Source of the DNA: the human T2T-CHM13v2.0 reference genome, Homo sapiens
Assembly: GCF_009914755.1 (NCBI RefSeq)
Contig: NC_060934.1
Strand: one strand, 5' to 3'
DNA: 64,000 nt
Positions within the stretch are counted from its first letter, which is position 1. Every line of letters starts with the position of its first letter. This document shows positions 42,981-54,002 of the stretch, in pieces. The notes under the pieces were generated by a model. That model was not told the DNA's origin, did no database searches, and worked only from the letters and a program-made list of their open reading frames with translations. Both the position numbers and the translations under genes were made by a program.

Positions 42981-43052
42981 ATCCTCCGTAGCTTTCTGTA
43001 GGGTGAGAAGGCTCCAGGAGGGATGGACTTGATGCCGTTCAGCTCCAGGCGT
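42981..43052 (-). CDS. SLIT1: SLIT1 exon 10 (LRR): [24 protein letters not shown]
   Basis: 72 nt, within ORF 42977..43174, cgcag acceptor, gtgagt donor. Confidence 0.97.
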
Positions 43053-43533
43053 CTGCGGGGAGAAAAGAGAGGGGAAGCCCAAGGGCCCAGGTCAGCCCAG
43101 CCCTGGGTGTTATCTGCTGGGCTCACCTGCCCTGAATAATCCTTTGGCCCCTCTTGCCCCTGCTCCCTTCCCACTTCCAGAAGTTGAAGTCTGGGGTAAG
43201 GACGCCGGGACAGACAGAGAAAATGCTGACTTGCGCTCCATTATCACAGGCATTTGTAGCTGAAAGGGGCCCACAAATGATGCTGAGAACCTGATTCTAG
43301 CAGACTCACGCAGCTGGGTGGGACCCCAGAGGGACACTCCCTCCCCAGCCCTCCAGAGTTTCCCAGCCCTGGACACAAAGCTCAGCCCAGCAGAGGCAAA
43401 CTGTGTCTTCTCTACGGCCACTGAGGGGTTGGGGCAAGCCCTGAGGCAGCGCCTACTCCAGCTCTTCACTGGCCCTCCAGAGCCAGGCCTGCCAAAGGGC
43501 TGTGCCCCAGCATCTGCCCTGCCCCGTACTCAC

Positions 43534-43681
43534 ATCTCCGTCATGGTCTCGGGCAGGTTGGCCGGGATGGCAGTGAGGCCTTTTCCACGACAGTCCACGA
43601 TGCCATTGCTGCAGGTGCACATGGCCGGGCAGGAGCCGGAGGACAGGGTGCAGGTGGGCACGCGGCCCGCTTCTCCCTGGC
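43534..43681 (-). CDS. SLIT1: SLIT1 exon 9 (LRRNT of D2): [50 protein letters not shown]
   Basis: 148 nt, phase 1-2, within ORF 43530..43814, tgcag acceptor, gtgagt donor. Confidence 0.97.
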
Positions 43682-44259
43682 CTGCAGAAACAGGGGGGTG
43701 TGGCCTCAGGCTGTCATGCATCAGCACCTCCCTTGAGCCCAGATACCGACTGATGGATGGGATAGGGTGTACACTGGCAGTTTCTCTCGATAAGGATGAA
43801 CCAGAGGGGATCACTAATGAAATAAGATTCTGGACTTTGATATAACTCTGTGGGTGCCTGGCACACAGCAGGTTCTTGTCAGATGTTTGCTGAACTTGAA
43901 TCTGAACTGAACTGCACTGGTGTGTGATTCATACACTAAGAAATCCTGGCCTAGAATTCTGAAGCTCTGGATTCTAGTCCAAGTCACTTAACACTTCTGA
44001 GCCTGAGTCCCCTCATCTCTCCCATGAGGGTGATAATGTTTCCTAAACACTCAAGCACTTACTGTATGCCACATGCTATAATAAGTGCACTACATGCAGC
44101 ATTGCATTTAAGCCTAAGAGGAGCCTATTATTGTTGCCATTCTACAGCTGAGAAAACAGAGTCCTCGATATTAATTAATTTGTAGAAATTCTCACAGCTA
44201 ATAAGTGGTAAAACCAGGATCCAGCCCAGTGTCTGAAATAAGAGCCTTTGAAAAAATGG

Positions 44260-44790
44260 AGGTATAACTTATACAAAGTGTTCTTTCTGAAGCATGTAGC
44301 TGGTGGGACCACTACCTAGACATAGAACATTTCCATTACCCAAGAAGATTCCCTCCTGCCCCTTCCCCAAAGTAACCACCATTCTGAGATCTATTGCCAA
44401 AGATTTGTTCTGCTCGTTTACGAACTTCACATAAATGAAACAGTAGTTTCTCTTGTGTCTGGCTTTTTTGCTTAATATACAATCTTTGAGATTCACTATG
44501 TTGCTGTGTGTATCAGTAGTTTGTTCTTTTTCATTGCTGAGTAGTATTCCATTATATGGATACATCATAATTAGTTGGTGGATATTCAGGTTGTCTCCAA
44601 TTTGGGGCTATTATGGAAAAAGCTGCCTTTAATATTTTTGGACATTTTTGCAGAAAAAATGCACACACCTAGTAGGAGTTGGAGGGTCACAGGGTGGACA
44701 GATGTTGAGCCTTAGTGGATCCTGCTAGACAGTTCTGCAGAGTGGTTGAGCCAGTTGATACCCCCACCAGCATTCTAACTTCGAATATTT
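44260..44790 (-). mobile_element. L1M (L1ME-like) 3' fragment
   Basis: tgtgtctggcttttttgcttaatata ... agtattccattatatggatacat motifs. Confidence 0.7.
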
Positions 44791-45002
44791 TCCATGGCTG
44801 CCCCAAAGGGTGGGCACCAGGACCAAATGAGACAAAGCTACATGGATTCCTGGCATATTGTGACAGTGGCCTTCAAAGGAAAAGGGTTGCCAGGCTGATC
44901 AGACTCCAGAGGAGAAACTCATGTCTGAAAATAGAAACCACGGTCTTCCAAATGCAAAGGAAAAGGTTTCATTTCAAAATAAAAATTGTCCAAGTGATTT
45001 AC

Positions 45003-45014
45003 CCATTCCAATTC
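45003..45014 (-). CDS. SLIT1: Candidate alternative 12-nt microexon in intron 8 (adds GIGM to the D1-D2 linker)
   Basis: gtttttag|GAATTGGAATGG|gtaaat; phase 1-1, no stop; four upstream UGC motifs; no transcript evidence available to me. Confidence 0.35.
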
Positions 45015-46104
45015 CTAAAAACTGTGGCAGCTGCAATGATGCAGAGGCAGTCCTGGCTCACACAAGAGACATGCACACAGGTTTTCGCACACAGGCACAC
45101 ACACTCATACGCACATCTGCATGCACACACACACACACAGCAGTGCAGAGCACAGCGGTGTTCAAGCCCACCCATTGCACTGGGTGTCTGCCAGTGCAAT
45201 GGAGGAGGTGACAGCCACAGCCAAGAGCCTCACACTGAGGAGGGGAGGCTGTGCCTAGGAGATGCTTTCCTTCAGAACTCTGTGTGGCTGGCAGGCCCAG
45301 TCCACGGGTTTGGGAGAAACAGTCAGCCTCTAAATCCTCTGTCACAAATCTGAGAACTGTCCCTTCATTCAGCAAGCATTTCCTGTGCCAAGCAAAGACA
45401 AAGTGCTGAGGATGCACCAGAAACACAATGCGGGACCTCATGTAGGATCACAGAAGGCTCCCTGGGCCCTGCCCTGCAGGGTGAGGAGGAGTCGGCAGGC
45501 AACAAAGAGGGAAGGGTGTGTCCAGCAGGGGAGCAGCCTGTGAGGCCAGGGCTGGGGGCACCTGCACCAGGAAGGGGCAGAGGCAGGCCAGGCACAGCTG
45601 GGGGAGCTGCAGGCAGCAGGAGGCAGGGGAGGCAGCGGTGGCCCTGGCCAAGCTTGCAGAGCCTCAGACTCTCGACACAGTGCTGACGGCCAGGTGAGTA
45701 CACGAGCAGTGACCTCCCAGACTTGCGGGTTCTTTTTGGTCTTCTGGCTGTAGTATAAGCCAGGGGCCAGGGAGGATGTAGGCAACCAGTCAGGAGGCTA
45801 TGACAGAACCCCAGGGGGAAGGTGAAAGGGTGTGGGCTTTGAGGCCCACCTCTTTTGGAGCCAAGTTTAGAGGGCCTAATTCAACGACTTGTCAAGGCAG
45901 CAGAGGTGAGGCGATTGGAGGATGGAAAAGGGGGTGATAGCAGTGGCAAGGAGCCCAGAGGACATCGGAGGAGGCACTGAGTAGACCAGAAAGAGATCGG
46001 GGTGGAACAAAGAGGGTGATGAGTGGACAAGGCAATGAGGGGACAGGAGGGAAAAGGAGAGGAGGCAAGAAGTGACATGCAGAGACAAATGCCATGGTGA
46101 GAAT

Positions 46105-46262
46105 GGGAGGTGATGGATGGGGCAGGAGGAGCAGACAGTGGAGTCAGGAGGTGATGGATGGGGCAGGAGGGGCAGATAGTGGGGTCAGGAGGTGATGGGC
46201 AGGGTCAGGAGGTGATGGGTGGGGCCAGGTGATGGGCGGGGTCAGGAGGTGATGGGCAGGCC
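46105..46262. repeat. GGTGATGG-core minisatellite, 6 units
   Basis: six aggtgatgg cores, the first two in ~41-bp units. Confidence 0.9.
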
Positions 46263-46350
46263 AGGTATTAATGTCGAGATTAGGGGCGGGAACAAGAGGC
46301 AGGGCAGGAGGCGCCGGACAGTTGAGAGCCCGGCAGGGGTCTGCACCCAC

Positions 46351-46514
46351 CTGAGCAGCTGAACTCACTCTTCTGGACCTCTGCCACATTGAGGCCACGC
46401 AGGCTGGCTGGGCCCGAGCACTGGGTGAAGAGCCCGATGGTTGGCCGCTGCCTCAGCCACTGCGAGAGCCAGGCCAGGTGGCAGTCGCAAAACAGGTGGT
46501 TGGAGTGCAGGCGG
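46351..46514 (-). CDS. SLIT1: SLIT1 exon 8 (LRRCT of D1): [54 protein letters not shown]
   Basis: 164 nt, phase 2-1, tgcag acceptor, gtgggt donor. Confidence 0.97.
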
Positions 46515-47063
46515 CTGCAAGAGGACAGGATGGCTCACAACCCATCTGGATCCCCCAGCCCAGCCTGATTGTGGGAACCCCAATCTCAGGCAGGAGGCTG
46601 CCCCCGGTGCTGTGTTCAAGCCAAACACAGTCTACATTTAGTCAAGTAGACGGCTCAGCTCCAACCCGGGGATTATCCACAGCCCCGTGAAGATCCCGCT
46701 GCTGCCCCTCCCCTCCCACATGCTCTGGGCACAGCTGGACCGGAATGTACCCAGCAAAGCCCAGGTCATCGCAATGACCTTGCACAGGCTCACTTCCCCA
46801 AACCACCTGGCTCATTTTCAAACACAAAAACAAATCATTTGTTTTCCAAGGAAAAACCAAATTAAGTGGCATTGGATGCCCTGCAACCGTATAACTCCTT
46901 CCGCCTCCGAGAGCATGAAGCCCCCAGCCTGGGCTGGCCTCTGGGGGTCTGAGGGAGAATGAGCTCCATGACCTGTCTGCAAAACCTTCACCTCCTGCCC
47001 CACCCACCCCCTGGCATCAACCGGGCTTGGCTGCCCCGCTCCCAGCTGCCCCGGCTGACTCAC

Positions 47064-47135
47064 AAGGTCCGTAGCTTGGGCATATGGTTGAAGCTGGACA
47101 CGGGGATGGTGGTGATATTGTTGTTGTTCAGGGTC
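47064..47135 (-). CDS. SLIT1: SLIT1 exon 7 (LRR): [24 protein letters not shown]
   Basis: 72 nt, tttag acceptor, gtgagt donor. Confidence 0.97.
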
Positions 47136-47700
47136 CTAAATGGGAAAAACCAGAGTCATTTAGCACCTGCCCAGCAGGAGATGATGTGGGACAGGGCCGC
47201 CCTGCTAACGAACAGGGAGGCTCTCGACCTTAAAGTGACCAGCACGGGGCTGGACATGGAGGAGCTAAGCCGAAGAGCATGAGGCATATCCCACCCCACA
47301 GGAAAGCCCTGAGCTGGGACGGTGACCGTAAGCCGACAGCACCATAGACTCCAAGGCTGGTAGGATAGGGAGATGGAGCAGGGCGGGTGATGGGACGCGT
47401 CCCAGGCTTGGGTTGGCTTGGAAGAAAGGTGGGGTTTGGATAGGTAGGGAGAAAGGGAGAAGCATTCCAGGCCAAGTGCCAGAAACCCTTGGGTTTCATC
47501 CTGAGCAGGTTATACTGGGGCACACTACTTGCTGCAGGCACAACCCCATGAGTGCCTGTCCTCCCCTCCTCCGAGGTGATTCTAGGAGGGCAGGTCTCTC
47601 CCTTCCTGTCTCCCTGATGCCCGCTGCCTAGGCTGCGGCACTTGGCACCTGCCTAGCAGGGCCCTCCACACCCCTCCTTCCTTTTCCATGCTTTACTTAC

Positions 47701-47772
47701 AGCACCTCCAGCCCCCGCAGAGCACGGAAGGCCCCTTCCTCAATGCAGCTGATCTGGTTCTTGTCCAGCTGT
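47701..47772 (-). CDS. SLIT1: SLIT1 exon 6 (LRR): [24 protein letters not shown]
   Basis: 72 nt, cacag acceptor, gtaagt donor, in frame with exon 5. Confidence 0.97.
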
Positions 47773-48031
47773 CTGTGAAGCAAAGGAAGGTTGTAGAGAG
47801 AAGGGCACATTGCCTAGAGTAAGGGTGTCCAAACATTCTGACCGCGTGCTCCATTCATTCAAAAGAGGTGCACCCCTAGCCGTTTGTTATGTGTATATGT
47901 GTCAATCCAAATAGCGAACATTAGTAAAAACTTAAGGGTTTTTTTCTAATTTTCAGTTAAAATCATAAATATAAGTAAAAGTTATATTCTTCTACTCAAC
48001 CTTACATATCCCCTGGGGAGCAGGCACCCCC

Positions 48032-48033
<2 letters not shown>

Positions 48034-48062
<29 letters not shown>
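48034..48062. repeat. (CA)14 microsatellite
   Basis: perfect dinucleotide run. Confidence 0.97.
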
Positions 48063-48063
<1 letters not shown>

Positions 48064-48906
48064 TTTGGAGACCACCTAGTGGGTGCTGGCAGCTGGAAAA
48101 TGGGAGAGTCACAAAGCAGTGACATCCAGAGCTGGCAAACAGACCTCAGCCTGAGTGCCAAAGAGGTTGACTAGAGGTGGCTACCTGGAGTGCTGCTGTC
48201 AGAGTAAACTGAAGCTGTGAGGTGAGCTCTGTGGGAAAGAATGTGGTGACTGATTATCAATGTGTGCCACAGGCGAGGTTGGGGGTGTGTGTGACAAGCA
48301 TGCCAGGCATTTGCCATCCCTGCTGTAGTCAGACTTCAAGGAGGTGGTAAGCCTGGACCAGAATACATTTGAATAGTAATAATAATAAGCCATTACATTT
48401 AAATAGCATTTGACAAAGTGTATTTATTTCCATGTTTCATTTAAACCTCAGAACATGCCTGTGAAGTAGATCTTAGTATCCCCATTTTCCAGAACAATAT
48501 ATCGAGGCTCAGCGATGTTCACTGACTTGCAGCGGCCTTATGTATGTGTAACTAGAAGAGAAGATTCAAACCCAGCTCTCCCAACCCAAATATGAGGCGG
48601 GCACAGACACTGTGCCACCTAAATGGACTGAGAACATTGCCCACGCTGATAACACGCTTCACCAGGTCCCCAAGGGCCCCCTCCGTTGGCTCTCATATGG
48701 AATCACAACCAAGGGAGAGGCAAGGGCTGCCTGTTTCCTCCAACCCCAGACTATTCCAGAAGACCATGCTGGCACCAGCCCTCTGAGAGCCCAGGTCAGC
48801 TCCCTGGCTGCCTGGACCACACGGCTCGCTCAGGGATACCCTGAGGATGCTGCCAGGAGTGGCCCTGGAGCCCCCACACCCTTCTCCCTCCCAGGCCTGT
48901 ACTCAC

Positions 48907-48978
48907 AAATTTTTAAGGTCCGTAGCTCCCCGAAAAGCTTTCCTGGGGATGGCCTGGATGGCGTTCTCACTCAAGTCC
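48907..48978 (-). CDS. SLIT1: SLIT1 exon 5 (LRR, D1): [24 protein letters not shown]
   Basis: 72 nt, phase 2-2, cccag acceptor, gtgagt donor. Confidence 0.97.
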
Positions 48979-49077
48979 CTGGGAGGATAAAGCCAGAGGG
49001 AGAGAAAACACCGGTCAGAAAAGAGGTTCCTGCAGAGTGCTGTGATAAGTCAGGGAAGCAGGGCAGGTGGGCTGGAG

Positions 49078-49270
49078 GGCACTGAACCAGCCACTGCTGC
49101 ACCCCAGCACCTAGGACAGTGCCTGGCCCACAGTGGCCACTCAGCAAGCATTTGTTGAATGAATGAATGATGGAACTGGAGAGACACACCATGTCCTGGA
49201 GGGAGCTCAGTCCCCAGCCACCTCCCCTTCTCTGGGCTCGGGGCTTGCAGCTGGAAGGAGAAGCCTGGGG
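49078..49270 (+). repeat. Local direct duplication, copy 1 (includes an L2 3' end)
   Basis: ~92% identical to 50948-51152 by manual alignment. Confidence 0.93.
49103..49123 (+). promoter_or_regulatory. Candidate REST/NRSF RE1 site 1
   Basis: CCCAGCACCTAGGACAGTGCC vs consensus TTCAGCACCnnGGACAGnGCC; both half-site cores intact, 2-nt spacer. Confidence 0.55.
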
Positions 49271-49300
49271 CAGCTACGATCAGCCCTGCCAGACCCCACC

Positions 49301-49693
49301 TGATGTAGTTTGGATATTTGGCCCCGCCCAAATCTCGTGTTGAATGGTAATCCCCAGTGCTGGAGGTGGGGCCTGGTGGGAGGTGATCTGGTCATGGGCA
49401 CTGATCCCTCCTGGCTTGATGCTGACTTCTCGATGGCATGTGAGTTCCGGGAGCTCTGGTTGTTGAAGTGTGTGGCACCTCCCCCTCCATTCTCCCTCTC
49501 CTTCACTCTCCCACGTGAAGTGCCTGCTCCCCTTCAGGCTTCCGCCATGAGAAAAAGCTCCCTGAGGCCTCCCCAGAAGTAGATGCCTTTGCTTCCCGCA
49601 CAGCCTGCAGAACCGTGAGCCAAGTCAATCACTTTTGTTATAAATTACCCAGTCTCGGCACTTCTTTATAGCAATACAAGAACAGCCTAATGC
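49301..49693 (+). mobile_element. MST (MaLR) solo LTR
   Basis: tgatgtagtttggatatt start; taaattacccagtctc ... tttatagcaatacaagaacagcctaat end. Confidence 0.85.
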
Positions 49694-50947
49694 CCACAGA
49701 GGTCAGCCCACCAGACCCACAGAGGCCAGTTCAGCCCCCCACAGCATCGTGCAGGGCGCAAAGGGGCATACAACAGAGGTGCTTCTGGAGGGGGATTGAT
49801 GACCACTGTCTGGCACCAGGTGGGAGGGATGGCACCCTGGGCTGGCTGTGGTGGGTGCGCCTGGGGCTTACGCTCTGTGTCTTATGCTGAGCAAGCTGAC
49901 TCAGGAAGGACAGAATTGGCTCCGGTGACCCAGTTGGCCAGTAGCCCACCCAGATCTTTAGCTCCAGGCAGGGCCTGACTCCAAACCCTGTGCTCTTGTG
50001 GACTGCAGGCAACAGGGCACCTCCGAGAGCCTAGGCCACAGGGAGTCAGGAGCACGCAAGGGGCTGGGATCACTGAGGACTTCACACCTCCCCATGAACG
50101 CCCTGCTGCGAGGGGAGGGGGCGCTGTCAGGACTGCAAATCCTCAGCCTCAGTGACTGCCAGGCCAGCTTTGGGGCCCTTCCTCCACTCCCTGTCAGGGC
50201 CGGGCCTCTGACCTGTCCACCTGCCTCTCTTCCCTCTCAGCAGCCTCCCTGGCATCCACAGACGTGTGCAAACGCCCCTTTCCAGGTCAGCTCTTCCTAC
50301 TCACAGCCACACTCCCCCCAGGCCAGCACTGCCTGAGTACTTCCCAGGAGCGTGGCGTGGATACTATCACCATCCCCATTATACAAAGGAGAAAAGGGAG
50401 GCTCAGAGAAGCTAAGCAACTTCTTCAAGGTAACCCAGCTGGTGGGTGGTGGCTCCAGAATTTGAACCCAGGCATTCAGGTCCCAGAGCCCTGGCTTGTG
50501 CGGCAGCCCTGGGGGTAGGAACTGCCATTGCGCCCATTTCACAGAGGAGGGAGCTGAGCTCTGAGATGTGAAGTAACTGACCTGGTTGGACCCGGGCTCC
50601 CTGCCCCAGAGCCTTGCCCCAGACACACCGGGGTCCTGAAGGTGAACAACCAGCGGCAGACCGTCCTGACATAGGCCCCAGTGCCAGGCAGTTCCACAGC
50701 CCCACCTCCTCCTCCTGGGCCAGGCCCGTGGGCTTTGACGGTGCCCTTCCTTTCAGCCCCTCACCCCACAGGGTCCGAGAACACAGCCCACAGCCCCCTG
50801 CCCCGCCGCACACCGCCCCTTGAACTGTCAAGGCCGCCGCTGCCCTGTCTGGGTTTCCCTGGTGAGAAACCCAACGGTGTGCACAGAGCCCTGAGTCAGA
50901 AAGGTAGGAGGCAGGTGGGCTCCTACTGCCTACTAGAACTGTGAGAA

Positions 50948-51152
50948 GGCACTGGACCAGCTGCTGCTGCACCCCAGCACCTAGGACAGTGCCTGGCCCA
51001 CATCAGCCACTCGCCAAGCATTTGTTGAATGAATGAATGAATGAATGAATGATGGAACTGGAGAGATGCACCCTGTCCTGGAGGGAGCTCAGTCCCCAGC
51101 TACCTCCCCTTCTCTGGGCTGGGGACTTGCAGCTGGAGGGAGGAGCCTGGGG
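50948..51152 (+). repeat. Local direct duplication, copy 2 (GAAT tail 12 nt longer)
   Basis: offset 1870 bp from copy 1. Confidence 0.93.
50973..50993 (+). promoter_or_regulatory. Candidate REST/NRSF RE1 site 2
   Basis: 21-mer identical to site 1. Confidence 0.55.
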
Positions 51153-52656
51153 TTCGAGGCCTGGCCCTCCCCCTCCTGGCCATACATCTGCAAGGCACCC
51201 TTCCCCTCCCGAGCCCAGTTTCCTCATGTACAAAATGGGAAAAATGAAAGCCTGGCAAAGCAATTGCCTTCCCGTCCCCACAGAGTGGGCACCAACATCT
51301 ATGTGCTCCCTCCCCCAAACCCAGCCCCTCTGTCCTGTCCCCTCACAGCCTTTAGAAAAGCAGCCAGGCACCCGTGTCTGAAGGGGCCTTGGCACCATCA
51401 GTGCCCCTCGTTCTTGCTCTCTATTGCTCTCTCTCTCCTGGATGTAGGCCCCATCTCCTGGAGGGGAGATGGTTCAAGCCTGCAGCACAGACACAGCTGT
51501 CCCTCCTCCAGAGCCGTCCCACCTGCTATCCCTGAGGCATCTCCCCTTCTTGTGGGGGAAGCTTCCTCCTCCCGCACTCGCCCGGCCCCACCTTCCCTTC
51601 CTGCTCTCCCCATGGCATCTTTCATCTTCGATCTTGGTTACTTGTGCCATATCGCCAGCTCCCCAGTGTAGTCTGTCAGTATTCCTGGAGACATTCCCCA
51701 GATTCCGCCCATTTAGGCTACTCCCCAGAGGGCCCCCAGTGGCCTACTCCCCGATGCCTGTCTTTATGCAGCAACTCCCCCAGCCCCATATGTCTTGAGA
51801 GGCTCATTTCAGTCTTTGCCTGCCTAATCCTTGTTATCATCTCTTCCTTGCCTAGAGAGTTCCTTGGCTGCCACATCCTCTTCTTAGTGTCTCTGCTTCA
51901 TATAAGAAATTGCTACCCTGGTGGTGCCTGCCCTAATGGCTTGATGGTTCTCCTGGTCTGTGGACTTGTGGACTTGTTCTCTCCATCTTCCTAAGTGGGA
52001 TGCTGCCACTGGGCAGAGTGGGCTGGCAGGGAAATTACTGGATTTAGAGCAGGGCTGTACAGGCCACACAGGTAAACAACAGACTGCCCACACTGGAGCT
52101 CATGGTCATGCGAGTTCCTCAGTAACCAGGAGCCCAGGCTGACATGGGAGCCCAACATGAAACCAAACTCACCTTGATGGAGTGCCCACAGGCACCAGTG
52201 ACCGGGCTGGGCTTGTGGATGCAGAGCTAACCACAGGTGCATGGTCCACCCTAGAGCACTCATGCCCAGAAGAGGGCACAGATGGGAAACCAGTGAGTGG
52301 ACCTTCAATCCTTCACCCCAGAAATGTGTACTGAAAGCTGATGGTCTGCTGGGGACCCCCAAAGACTTGCTTTCATGGGGTGTACATGCCAGCTTTCAAC
52401 AATGGCTGGAGGAGCAGTACTGCCAAAGAGATGGGAGAGTGCAGAGAAGTGAGTGAACAAGTCCGCTGGAGGGAGGAGAGGTGATCTCTGACCGGATCTT
52501 AAAGAGTTGATGTGTCCCAGACAGAAATGGAAAATGAGGAAAGGGTGTTCTAAGCAGCGGTAACAGCATGTGCAGAAACCCAGAGACAGGAAGGAACAAG
52601 GCAGGCTGGGGGAATCTCATGTGGTTTCGTATGACTGGTGTGTGTACGTGGGAGGT

Positions 52657-53175
52657 TGTGGTAGTTAAAAGACATCCACAAATTCTTTGACATTCCTCCC
52701 TTCAAAAGACAGAGGCTCATTCTCTTCCTCCTGAATGTGGGCAGGACTCAGTAACTTACTTCTGAAGAACCACATATGATGGAAACGGTAATGGATAACC
52801 TCCGAGACTAGATCATAAAAGACACTGTAGCTCCCTCCTTGTTCCTTCTGGGTTTGCCCTCTCTGGGAGAACCCAACCCAGGTCATAAGGACACTCAAGC
52901 AGCTCTCTGGGGAGGCCCACATGGAGAGGAACCGAGGCCTCTCGCCAACAGCAGGCACAGGCTTGCCAGCCTGTGAGCCAGCCATCAAGGAAGTGCATTC
53001 TCCAGCCCCAGCCAAGCCTTCAGATGACACAACCCCCCAACATTGTGATGCAATCTCATGAAAAACCCCAAGCCAGAACCACCCAGCCACCTACAGAGAC
53101 TGTGAGATGTTTATTGTTTGTTCTTGAAAGCCGCAGTGTTTTGAAGTCATTGGTTACGCACAATTGATGACTCAT
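52657..53175 (+). mobile_element. MLT1-family (MaLR) LTR
   Basis: tgtggtag ... cacaaattctttgacattcctccc start; ccagccaagccttcagatgac; tggttacgcacaattgatgact end. Confidence 0.75.
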
Positions 53176-53380
53176 CCAGCGTTGCTTTGAGGCATGACCC
53201 TAAGGAAGGGAGGGGCATGCTTAGGCTCCAGGTTAATGGGCTGAAATCATGTTAGAGACTTGGCTACATCACTTCTTTTTGGGGGCCTCAGTTTCCTCAT
53301 TTGTCCAATTCATAGGCTGGAGCAGAAGATTTCTAAGCTCTTCACCAGTGCAGACCCAACCACATGCCTGCAAGACACAT

Positions 53381-54002
53381 TGCTATGGTCTGAATTATCG
53401 TTTCCTCTCAAAAAAGGCATAGGTTGAAACCTAATCTCCAATGTGATGGTATTAGGAGGTGAGGACTTTGGGAGGTGATAGGTCATGTGAGCTCCATCCT
53501 TATAATAGGATTAGTGCCCTTATGAAAGAGACCGCAGAGAGCTGCCTTGCCCCTTCCTCCGTGTGAGGACACAGCTAGAAGGCACTGTCTATGAAGCCGG
53601 AAGCAGCCTTCACCACACGCCAAATCTGCCAATACCTTGATCTTGGACTTCCCACCTCTAGAACTGTGAGAAATAAATTTCTGCTGTTTATAAGCCACTT
53701 GGTCTACGGCATTTTGTTTTTGTTTTTTTAGAGACAAGGTCTTGCTGTCACCCAGGCCAGACTGCAGTGGCACAATCATAGCACACTGTCACCTTGAACT
53801 CCTGGGCTCAAGCGATCCTCCCCACCTCAGCCTTCTGAGTAGCTGGGACTACAGATGCGCTGGGACTACAGATGCTCTACGGGTGGAGACAGGGTCTCAT
53901 TTTGTTGCTCAGGCTGGTCTCAAACTCCTGGCCTCAAGTGATTCACCCACCTCAGCCTCCCAATACAATATTTTGTTATAGCAGCTGGAACAGACTAAGA
54001 CA
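53381..54002 (+). mobile_element. MLT1A/MSTD-like solo LTR with nested Alu
   Basis: tgctatggtctgaat start, gactaagaca end, TSD cacat at 53376-53380 and 54003-54007. Confidence 0.85.
53712..53963 (-). mobile_element. Internally deleted Alu (AluJ-like)
   Basis: Alu motifs, linker missing, 17-bp tandem duplication at the deletion. Confidence 0.85.

Noticed and set aside
50765-50858. Possible duplicated pseudo-exon 5 beside duplication copy 2 (ctcaccag acceptor, gtgagg donor)
   Set aside because: 94 nt, early in-frame TGA, no real similarity to exon 5; at most a poison-exon candidate without evidence.
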